Source: Candidatus Stahliibacteriota bacterium
Lineage (GTDB): Bacteria > Hydrothermota > Tepidihabitantia > B3-TA06
Assembly: GCA_004375895.1 (NCBI GenBank)
Contig: SOJW01000035.1
Location: 42,264 to 106,263 of the forward strand
Length of the DNA: 64,000 nt
Direction: 5' to 3'
In this document: positions 1 through 11,054 of the stretch, in pieces
Position numbering within the stretch: position 1 is the stretch's first letter
How the letters are laid out: each line of letters opens with the position of its first letter
Translations under genes and position numbers: made by a program
Notes under the pieces: model-generated
Seen by the model: the letters and a program-made list of their open reading frames with translations, nothing else
Databases searched by the model: none
Told to the model about the DNA's origin: nothing

Positions 1-924
1 AAAACCGAGCAAGGTGAAGAAGTAGTGAACTTCCCTAAACGCCCGACGGCTGAACACTCCCAAACTCCCAGAGCTGGCATTGAATCCAAGATGACGCCTG
101 CTAAGTGTCCCAAAATCAATTACGTTCGTCCCCCTGTGCCGCACATACCTACCCAGACGGCAAGGGTGGTAGTGTCACATGAGTTCGATATCCTGGTGGG
201 ATACGGCTATGCGAACAGGGAAGATTTCTTTGAGGTAAGATTGGGGATATGGCACGAGATAATGGAATTGGCGATACTCGCTTTGACTATGGAAGCGCTT
301 TACTGGCCGCTGGATCTTTATCACTCCTGTTACATTAATGACATACCAAATAGCTTCGCTAATGCCGCTGTTGCTTATGTTCAGCAGTGGTTGTGTGGTA
401 GTGAAGGTAGGAAGAAATTCCTTTACTGGAAGGGCGATCCGCCCTTTGAGGCGTTTGAATCCCAGTCACGCTCGCACGAAAAGGAGGCTGAGCGGCTGGC
501 TTCCAACGCCTCCTCTTTGGATAAGGGAGGGAGCCATCTGCAGGCTAACTCACAATGGAAGGAGTGTGCGGAAGCCTGGGAGAGGGCGGCAAAAGCTTGG
601 GACGCCTCCACACATCCAGATGCCAGGTCTAAAGCCAAAGATGCCCGGGAAGAGATGAGAGTGGCTGCTAAGAAGGCAGGACACTGGGAGGTTAATCCTT
701 CTTCAGGTAAAGAGATAACCATTAAGTACCGGGATTGGTTCGGGGATTTTGAGGCAGAGATCCTGGATACAACCGGGAGGAGGATTGATAAGTTTACCCG
801 TTCAATTGAACAAGGCGAGATTTGCTGGGGTGCTGAGGGCCGCATAAAAGCCGGCACTTATTTCGTTAAGGTGAAGCTTTTAGGTGACGAGTTCGAGACG
901 GAGAAGATAGCTATTCTGGGGTAG
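1..924 (+). CDS. 5'-partial HExxE-motif protein with T9SS/FlgD-like C-terminal domain
   Basis: Frame open from base 1; WHEIME motif shared with 1968..3053; last ~75 aa align by eye to the C-terminus of 20455..21777 (I.D.TGR..D, GxYF, K+hydrophobic end). Confidence 0.75.
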   Translation, partial: KTEQGEEVVNFPKRPTAEHSQTPRAGIESKMTPAKCPKINYVRPPVPHIPTQTARVVVSHEFDILVGYGYANREDFFEVRLGIWHEIMELAILALTMEALYWPLDLYHSCYINDIPNSFANAAVAYVQQWLCGSEGRKKFLYWKGDPPFEAFESQSRSHEKEAERLASNASSLDKGGSHLQANSQWKECAEAWERAAKAWDASTHPDARSKAKDAREEMRVAAKKAGHWEVNPSSGKEITIKYRDWFGDFEAEILDTTGRRIDKFTRSIEQGEICWGAEGRIKAGTYFVKVKLLGDEFETEKIAILG

Positions 925-1028
925 TGATTATTTTTCTTTTGTAGCGCGAGCCTCAGCGTGCCCACTTCGGGTATCGGGTTCGCTTGACAACCCTCCCGCG
1001 CTCCCTACAATAATTTACAGAAGGAGTG

Positions 1029-1781
1029 ATGAAGAACGTGTTTAAACAGATAACGATCCTGTGCCTTATCGTCCTTGCGGGGTCAGTCATCTTCTGCAAG
1101 AAGAAGGCGGAGGAAGAGCCTGAGCCGCACTGGCTGCGGGTATACCACGACGGTGAGTTCAAGTGGAAGATCGATGTTTCGGAGTGGGAGGTTAGAGAGG
1201 ATGTAGTTCCTCTAGGGGTTTTTTTTTATCCGTGGCAAGGGGAGGATTCCATTAACTGGACTGAGTACGATCCCCACGGACACCCTCTTTGGCCGGGACC
1301 TTACCTGGCAGTAAACGATAAGGTAGTAGGTGTAAATCTGGGATTTATTCCTCTTTCTTACCCAGAGATTGTGGACTCAGAGAAGATAATTACTGCTACG
1401 TTCGATGAGTATTTTGTGGGGTCCGAGTTTGACCCTGCTGTACTTAAGAAGTTACCCAACCTGATCGGCCTATACTGGTGTGTTGGTTCAAGAGAAGACT
1501 TGGAAAGGATTGGAACTATACCCTCACACCTGAGAATCTATCTTTTTTGTTACCATGATATAACTGGAGCCGATCTCAAGGGGTTAAGTAAGTTCTCCAA
1601 TATCCGGTCGTTGCGGATAGAGGACGGTTCGTTGAGTTATCGTGATCTCAGATACCTTTGCAGGTTTAAAGGGCTACGCTGGTTTGAATTTATCACCCGG
1701 GTACATCAGGAGGAACGGATCAAATGTCTGAGTAAGCTCAAAAAGCTGAGATATTGGTACGTGGGACCGATAATTATTTAG
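1029..1781 (+). CDS. Putative lipoprotein with C-terminal leucine-rich repeats
   Basis: TTGACA/TACAAT promoter and AAGGAG RBS; hydrophobic leader ending in Cys (SVIFC); LRR-like LxxLxxLxxLxL segments; YPWxGEDSI shared with 3967 and 5171. Confidence 0.75.
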   Translation: MKNVFKQITILCLIVLAGSVIFCKKKAEEEPEPHWLRVYHDGEFKWKIDVSEWEVREDVVPLGVFFYPWQGEDSINWTEYDPHGHPLWPGPYLAVNDKVVGVNLGFIPLSYPEIVDSEKIITATFDEYFVGSEFDPAVLKKLPNLIGLYWCVGSREDLERIGTIPSHLRIYLFCYHDITGADLKGLSKFSNIRSLRIEDGSLSYRDLRYLCRFKGLRWFEFITRVHQEERIKCLSKLKKLRYWYVGPIII

Positions 1782-1902
1782 AAACCCCTTCTTTGAGCAA
1801 TAGAAACTTAAAGCACTTCTTCAGGCTTCTATTGACTTCTTCATCTACGTCTTTACGCTAAAAGAGATTATCTTCGGTTAAACTTTCCCAAAGGAGGTTG
1901 AG

Positions 1903-1980
1903 ATGAAGGTCGAGATTAAACACAGGAGCAAGCGAGGGTTTCCCATCACTGAGAAGGAGGTGTTCCTATGTCTAACATAG
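1903..1980 (+). CDS. Possible 25-aa leader ORF (MKVEIKHRSKRGFPITEKEVFLCLT)
   Basis: AAGGAGG at 1891-1897, ATG 1903, TAG 1978-1980 overlapping the start of the next gene. Confidence 0.35.
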   Translation: MKVEIKHRSKRGFPITEKEVFLCLT

Positions 1981-3053
1981 ACCCGGGAAAGACCGTAGCA
2001 TTGGAGGAGCAGCTGCGACTGATCACTGACCCTAACAACGAGAGATTAGGCTCCAAGAAGTTTAAATTCTTCTTCGAGTTCGGCTGGAGACCTAATGAGA
2101 TCGAACTTGCAAAAGAAGCGGAGAAGGAGGAAAAGAGATACCAGTACGTGAATTCCAAAGGATATTTTACCTATGAGGATACAGGTCGTGTAGACAAGTT
2201 TACAGGCTATACGCAGCACATCTATCAGGCCAAGGTGAATCTCACCGTGCCCCAGGCTGCGGCCCTGTTGGGTCATTACGGGATTGATCTCGTGGTGCGC
2301 TCACAGTACACATACAAGGGAAAGGATTTCCCCAGGGAAGCGGAAAAGGGAGAGGAGACACGCGGGGGTGCCATAACTACCTTGCCCGCTTTGCCTGAAC
2401 CCGAGAGCCTGGGGCACATGCAGGGGACAGCGACGATTATGTTCTCCCATCACTTTGACATCCGACCTGAATACCTGCCCGGCAAGGTTGCCCTGAAAGA
2501 GGAGTTCGTGGCGGTGCGAAAGAGGCTCTGGCACGAGATAATGGAGACCACCTTGATCGCCCTGGTCGCCGAAGCGCTTTATATGCCTCGCCAGCTTCAC
2601 AGTGATTATAAACGTAAGAAGTTGGACAATTTTGCCAACGAGAGCGTAAAGGAGGTGCAACGGGGATTGAGGGACAGCCTGTTTCTTTACTGGGAGGGCG
2701 ATCCGCCGTTTGATGGGTTTGAGGTTGGGCCGATGTCCAAGGAAAATGAGCTGGAGCAAAGGGAGAATCACCTTCACGGCCTCAAGTCGTTCTATATCCC
2801 TGAAAAGATAGCGCGAATGTGGGAGGACATAGCCAAGGAATGGGAAGTAGTAGCCCAAGCCTGGCTCTATACCAAATCTCCCCATCGGATTAAGAAGGCT
2901 ACTACGGCCTGGGAGAAAGCTGCTAATGCCTGGTACGCGGCTGAAGGGGAGTGGCGCAGGTCAACCCATGCTGATAAAGATAAGTTGGCTGATGCTTCTC
3001 AAAAGCGAGGCCAGGAAGCGGAACGCAAAGCCAAAGATATGGTGGGAAGGTAG
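1968..3053 (+). CDS. HExxE-motif protein, paralog of 1..924, lacking the C-terminal sorting domain
   Basis: AAGGAGGT RBS; WHEIME...EALY.P and FLYW.GDPPF shared with 1..924; Trp-periodic C-terminal helices. Confidence 0.8.
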   Translation: MSNIDPGKTVALEEQLRLITDPNNERLGSKKFKFFFEFGWRPNEIELAKEAEKEEKRYQYVNSKGYFTYEDTGRVDKFTGYTQHIYQAKVNLTVPQAAALLGHYGIDLVVRSQYTYKGKDFPREAEKGEETRGGAITTLPALPEPESLGHMQGTATIMFSHHFDIRPEYLPGKVALKEEFVAVRKRLWHEIMETTLIALVAEALYMPRQLHSDYKRKKLDNFANESVKEVQRGLRDSLFLYWEGDPPFDGFEVGPMSKENELEQRENHLHGLKSFYIPEKIARMWEDIAKEWEVVAQAWLYTKSPHRIKKATTAWEKAANAWYAAEGEWRRSTHADKDKLADASQKRGQEAERKAKDMVGR

Positions 3054-3117
3054 TCTACTTCTCGGCAAGCAACCTGTCCACCAGATCGTCCGGCGATACA
3101 CCCCCTCGGCGGCTTGA

Positions 3118-3909
3118 CAACCCTACTCCCATTGGCCGGGCAAATGTGCAATCCAGATCTGGACTTGCTCCGCCGGTCAACCGGGAAGACTGGTCAAGAG
3201 CATAAGTGAGCCTCACTCGGCAGGGGTTATCACATTGGGAGTGGAGAGTAAGCTCGCTCCCGGTAGCTATATGCCCAAACCCTGGCTCGAGGCTTACGCA
3301 AGGGAAGAGGACAGAGAGAAAGCCAATGGAGTGGTGCCCCAACCCATGAGGTTCACCATAGGAAAGCCCAAATGGAGCGTTAAGATAGACGAGGTCGCTT
3401 TCAACCCCCAGGTGGTCATAGATTTCAAAAGTTTCTTCAAGGGATTTGAGGCCAAAATCTACTACAAACAAAGGCTTGTGGATACCCTGACCTCCACTAC
3501 CCCATCAGGGCAGTTTACCTGGGGCGATGGCAAAAAGCACGCAGAATATGAAATAAAGGTGAACGTCAACGGGGTATGGCAGAGTAAGAGCATCGGACGG
3601 TTCTCCGTAAAACCTCCCTACTGGAAGGTGTGGTACGAGAATGCCGGAAGCCTAGGTAAAACCATAGATATAGAATACGGGGATTGGCGACCTAAAGAAG
3701 TTGGATGCCCTGTAACCATAACGGATCCCAGAGGCAGGAAGTACCTTTTTAATGATCATAAGGAATATGGTTGGTATAAGTTCGATCTTAGGGATAAGCC
3801 TTTGGGGAGATATAGGCTAGAAGTCGATACCGATTATCCGGAGAGCGCCATTAAAAAAAGCGTAGAGGTGGAGGTAGGCAGCGAGCTTGACAGCAAGAGA
3901 ATACTTTAG
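3118..3909 (+). pseudogene. 5'-truncated gene remnant made of about three tandem T9SS-CTD/Ig-like repeats
   Basis: Frame open from 3118 with no RBS or ATG; begins just after a broken copy of the cassette promoter (3100-3130); three CTD-like segments. Confidence 0.5.
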
Positions 3910-3966
3910 GGAGGCAAGTTGACATAGAAGGGGAATCTCCTATACTTTCTTATGTAAGGAGGATTT

Positions 3967-5016
3967 ATGGATTCTAACATCGATTTCAAAACAAAAATAA
4001 TTAACGCTATGTTTTTACTCCTCATCCTGAGTCTTACCTTCTGCAGAAGAGGTCTGGGTGAAGGTTATGAATCATTTCGTCTCCCTCACTTTTATTCTCG
4101 AGATCTCCCTGCAAGAGAGATACTACCACTCCTATGGAAAAATGCCTATCTGCCGGACGCGGTGCCTGAAGATGTGGTTGAAAAGGGCAAAAAACTGATC
4201 GTCACCCACCGGGGAGAACCGTATCTGGTTTATGATGTCTCCGGGTGGGAACCGGGCGAGGATGTGGTGGGATTTTATCTGCCGAAGGATTACACCTCTC
4301 CTATAGATGTGGATTCCTATTTATGCGAACAACTTGGGGTAGATGAGTTGCCCTTCCCCATCGAGGAGGAAGAGGAGAGAGCTCCCTTGTTGTTTTTCTA
4401 TCCCTGGCATGGTGAAGATAGTATTGACTATAAGGTAGACCCGGAACCTTTAACCGTAAACGGCAAGATCGTAGGGGGTGTTCTTTCTTCCATAGAATTC
4501 ATGTATTTTCTTGAGGACGAGGGAATCGACATCGAACAGATCGATTTCCGTACCCAAGGAATACTCTGTCTCACGACACAGGCGTTCGAACCTGAGTATA
4601 CCATTAGAAGACTGAGGCGATTCCCTGATCTGGAGGTAGTATTCATGTATCTGGATCGCATCAGTTATGCGTATAGCGACTGCTTTGTCTGGAATGAGAC
4701 CTTATATTACAAGGAGAAATGCTGGCTTTCCAAGTGGCTCTATTTCAGGAACCTTAAGCGAGTGACCGAGATTGCCAACCTTTATCTTTACCTCGCCGAC
4801 ATTGCCGATGACGAACTTAGGCTCTTAAGTGACTTCACCAAGCTTAAGGGGTTGTGGATAAAAAGCGACAGCCTCACCGACGTCGGGCTTGCGCACCTAA
4901 AAAAACTCTCCGGATTGAGGACGCTTTATCTTTATGGAACAGAGGTAAGCGAGGAGGGGATGGTCGAGTTAGGGGAAGTCTTGCCCAGATGTGATATCAT
5001 GCGGAGGGGTCGTTAG
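3967..5016 (+). CDS. Putative lipoprotein with LRRs
   Basis: AAGGAGG RBS, TTGACA/TATACT promoter, leader ending LTFC, LRRs (LTDVGLAHLKKLSGLRTLYLYGTEVS). Confidence 0.8.
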   Translation: MDSNIDFKTKIINAMFLLLILSLTFCRRGLGEGYESFRLPHFYSRDLPAREILPLLWKNAYLPDAVPEDVVEKGKKLIVTHRGEPYLVYDVSGWEPGEDVVGFYLPKDYTSPIDVDSYLCEQLGVDELPFPIEEEEERAPLLFFYPWHGEDSIDYKVDPEPLTVNGKIVGGVLSSIEFMYFLEDEGIDIEQIDFRTQGILCLTTQAFEPEYTIRRLRRFPDLEVVFMYLDRISYAYSDCFVWNETLYYKEKCWLSKWLYFRNLKRVTEIANLYLYLADIADDELRLLSDFTKLKGLWIKSDSLTDVGLAHLKKLSGLRTLYLYGTEVSEEGMVELGEVLPRCDIMRRGR

Positions 5017-5170
5017 GACCCTTTACAATAAAAAAGGAAAACAGACTTTCTACCCACGCAGGTGAGAAGTGTGGTAAGGCACATCAGGCCGATACACCAC
5101 TCCCCTAACAGTGCAGATCACCAATAACACCACTTGACGTCTGGGAAAAATATACTTATACTTCTTGGTT

Positions 5171-6247
5171 ATGAGGCGAAAGAAGAAACTTAAAATTATT
5201 TTCCTGACAATAGGCAGCACCTTGCTTCTTTTAATTTTATCCGTCCTGTTTTCCTACTATTATCTAGTTAGTGATTGGGGTGATAAGAATCGCATTCTGC
5301 CTCCGTTTTATTTTTGGGGTCCATACGCATGGGAGGGGCCATTTGGGCTATTTGTATATGATTATCTTCCGCACCTTTTGAAAGATGCTTATCTCCCGGA
5401 GGAGGTGCCTGAAGATGTGGAAGAAAAATTAGTGGTTCTCCGCGATGGAGAACCGGAAGTAGTTTATGATGTATCCAGGTGGGAACCGGGCGAGCACGTG
5501 ATGCGGTTTTATGCAAGGAGAAGGGAATATGACACCCTGGTGATGACTTCTTTTGATACGGGGGACACGATCCTATATGAGATACGCAAGCTATTCCCCC
5601 AGGAGCAGACTGAATCTGCCACATTGTTTCTTTACCCCTGGCACGGGGAAGATACCATCTCCTATCAGGTTTCGTCTTGGAGTTTGCGGATAAACGGCAA
5701 GCAGGCAGGGGTCCTTTTTCGCCCCATAGAATCAATGTCGTTTCTTCCTGAGGAAAAGATCGAACTTGAATATATCGACGCCCCTACCCAAGGGATAGTC
5801 ACTATTACAATAGAAGATTTTGAACCACCTTTTACAATAAGAAGACTGGAGCGCTTCCCTGACCTGGAGGTAATATTCATGACCCTGTACTTTGAAGATT
5901 ATGCTTACGAGTATTACCGCCGCTTGGCCCCTGAATTGATACGCTACAAAGAGAGGTGCTGGCTTTCCAAGTGGCTCTACTTCAGGGGCCTAAAGCAAGT
6001 GACCGAGATAGCCGATCTTTATCTTTACATCGAGGGAGTGCGCGATGCTGAACTCTGGTTCTTACGTAACTTCACCAAGCTTAAGGGGTTGTGGATCGAA
6101 AGCGACAGCCTCACCGACGCCGGGCTTGCGCACCTAAAAAAACTCTCCGGATTGAGTACGCTTTATCTTTATGGAACAGAGGTAAGCGAGGAGGGGGTAG
6201 CCGAGTTACGGGAAGCCTTGCCGGAGTGTAAGATTACGTTCAGATAA
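5171..6247 (+). CDS. Membrane-anchored LRR protein, paralog of 3967..5016
   Basis: Basic N-terminus plus TM helix; near-identical LRR block to 3967..5016. Confidence 0.8.
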   Translation: MRRKKKLKIIFLTIGSTLLLLILSVLFSYYYLVSDWGDKNRILPPFYFWGPYAWEGPFGLFVYDYLPHLLKDAYLPEEVPEDVEEKLVVLRDGEPEVVYDVSRWEPGEHVMRFYARRREYDTLVMTSFDTGDTILYEIRKLFPQEQTESATLFLYPWHGEDTISYQVSSWSLRINGKQAGVLFRPIESMSFLPEEKIELEYIDAPTQGIVTITIEDFEPPFTIRRLERFPDLEVIFMTLYFEDYAYEYYRRLAPELIRYKERCWLSKWLYFRGLKQVTEIADLYLYIEGVRDAELWFLRNFTKLKGLWIESDSLTDAGLAHLKKLSGLSTLYLYGTEVSEEGVAELREALPECKITFR

Positions 6248-6356
6248 AGGATTTACTTCTCTTCAAGCAGCCTGTCTACAGCTCGTCGGCTGACACGCCC
6301 TCGGCGGCTTGACAACCCTACTCCTATACCTACAATAGTTTACAGAAGGAACGGCG

Positions 6357-6417
6357 ATGAAGAGGATCATTAAAGCGGCAGCGATCGTCATGCTTCCTTT
6401 TTGCTCCTTATCTAAGG
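6357..6417 (+). pseudogene. Signal-peptide-only remnant of a deleted lipoprotein cassette
   Basis: Same promoter/RBS module as gene 1029; MKRIIKAAAIVMLPFC runs directly into the repeat that follows gene 3967. Confidence 0.45.
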
Positions 6418-6546
6418 AAAAGGAAAGAGACTTTCTACCCACGCAGGCGGGGAAGTCCGGTAAAGCACGTCAGGCCAGTAAGCCACTCCCCCAAGACGGA
6501 GTGATTCGACTTGACAATCCAGTTCTCCTAGATATATTTAGCTTAA

Positions 6547-6618
6547 GGCGGCATAGCCAAGTGGTAAGGCGGCGGTCTGCAAAACCGCTATTCCTCGGTT
6601 CAAGTCCGGGTGCCGCCT
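6547..6618 (+). tRNA. tRNA-Cys (GCA)
   Basis: GGCGGCA/TGCCGCC acceptor stem, anticodon loop CTGCAAA, GGTTCAAGTCC T-arm; CCA not encoded. Confidence 0.97.
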
Positions 6619-7032
6619 TAAAGCCCCACCCTCGCAGCTTGCTGCGAGGGTGGGGACCCCGATCGGGATGGTCAACACATCGTTACCAGGTAAAGGGGTT
6701 GAGATCGTCAAGTAGGAGGACAGGGAAGTTGATGAAGTAGAACAGACACTCTTGTCTGTTCAAAAACCAAAAATCTCCCTACTTCCCACCAATACCGAAA
6801 TCTTTTCGTATTCCCAGAACCAATTTTCATTACTATACTTTACTAGAGCTGTGAAATCTGTCAAGTCTTCCAACTATATACCCTCTTCTGTTGACGATAC
6901 TACACTGAACTAATAAATCACCTTGATTAAACGATAATGGCGCTCTTACCTCTCCCCTCTGGTAACCATCTCCCCGCGCACGCACTTAATACGCTTGACG
7001 CAGGCCGCATTATCCACTATAATCAGTGCTTG

Positions 7033-7299
7033 ATGTCTGTTGTTGCTGTCTATCGTCCTATGGACGAACTAACTGCCCGTGCGTTACTTGCAGCACTGGA
7101 GGTCAAGGGTATACGCGCGGAGCTGCGGCAGTTTCACAACCCCTGGGAGATTCCCTGGCTTGAAGGGAACCCATGGGGCGAGATACTGGTACTGGAAGAG
7201 TACGCCGGACGGGCCCGAAAGGTAATTGAGGATTTTCTCGCGAACGCAGACGGGGATACAGCCTCTCCGAATGAAGACGAAACGGCATCCGACGAGTAA
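7033..7299 (+). CDS. DUF2007-like (putative signal-transducing) small protein
   Basis: A..L.A.LE..GI.A pattern followed by EILV.E...RA; start placed after TTGACG-17-TATAAT. Confidence 0.65.
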   Translation: MSVVAVYRPMDELTARALLAALEVKGIRAELRQFHNPWEIPWLEGNPWGEILVLEEYAGRARKVIEDFLANADGDTASPNEDETASDE

Positions 7300-7375
7300 T
7301 GGGAATCCCGAACAGGGCGTAAAGGCGAAGCCCAAAAAATCAAAGTGTCACTGAAGGAGACAATCAGGAGGCTTT

Positions 7376-10135
<2,760 letters not shown>

Positions 10136-10271
10136 AAGCAAGATAGGCCTCAACCAGCCCGAGGACGCCCCCCCCAAAGTAGTGAAATCCGCATTAGGCA
10201 ACCCTAAGGCACTCCTGCAACCTCCGCAATCCATGATCTTGACTGCCAGATCATTCTAAGTATGATGAGGT

Positions 10272-11054
10272 ATGAGGCTTCGCAAAGGAGTAATACTGGC
10301 CGGTGGCATGGGCGCAAGGCTGGCTCCCCTGACTCAGGTGACGAATAAGCATCTCCTTCCTGTCTACGATAGACCGATGGTAACCTATCCGATCGAGAAG
10401 ATGGTCCAGGCCGGTATCGAGGAGATACTTTTAGTCACCGGCGGTGAGTTCGCAGGCGATTTCCTGAGACTACTGGGCAACGGGAAATCGTTAGGGATAA
10501 AAAGACTCCACTACACCTATCAGGAGGGGCACGGAGGGATAGCGGCAGCGCTTTCGCTGGCCGAGGACTTCGCGGACAGCGAGCCGATTCTCGTAATCCT
10601 GGGCGACAACATCTTCAACGCTTCGATTTTACCTTTCGTGAAGAAGTACAACTCCCAAGGTACCGGTGCCATGATCCTCTTAAAAGAGGTCGCCGACGCG
10701 CACCGCTTCGGCGCGGCTACTGTGGAAGGTGATAGGATAGTAAAAATCACGGAGAAGCCAGCCAAGCCCGAGTCGAATCTGGCCGTGACCGGCATCTACT
10801 TCTACGACTCACGTGTGTTTGAGATAATCAAGGGCCTTTCGCCGTCGGCCCGCAACGAGCTTGAAATCACCGACGTGAACAACATCTACATCTCGTGTGA
10901 CCAGATGCGCTGGGAAAAGCTTACCGGCTGGTGGAGTGACGCAGGGACGTTTGAATCTCTTTACCGGGCAACGGAGTTGGTGCGTAAATCCCGGCTTTCT
11001 GCGAAAGGAGAGAAGGGGAGGAGGACGGAAGGAGAACGGGAGGAGGGCGCGTGA
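10272..11054 (+). CDS. Sugar-phosphate nucleotidyltransferase (glucose-1-phosphate thymidylyltransferase family)
   Basis: ILAGGMGARL.PLT...NKHLLPVYDRPM, LGDN, EKP, ELEITD. Confidence 0.92.
   Translation: MRLRKGVILAGGMGARLAPLTQVTNKHLLPVYDRPMVTYPIEKMVQAGIEEILLVTGGEFAGDFLRLLGNGKSLGIKRLHYTYQEGHGGIAAALSLAEDFADSEPILVILGDNIFNASILPFVKKYNSQGTGAMILLKEVADAHRFGAATVEGDRIVKITEKPAKPESNLAVTGIYFYDSRVFEIIKGLSPSARNELEITDVNNIYISCDQMRWEKLTGWWSDAGTFESLYRATELVRKSRLSAKGEKGRRTEGEREEGA

Noticed and set aside
6357..6740. 127-aa ORF
   Set aside because: Runs through a repeat and tRNA-Cys; only the first ~20 codons look like a gene remnant
6705..6830. Possible ~40-aa minus-strand ORF after a TTGACA
   Set aside because: Weak -10, no RBS, no recognisable features
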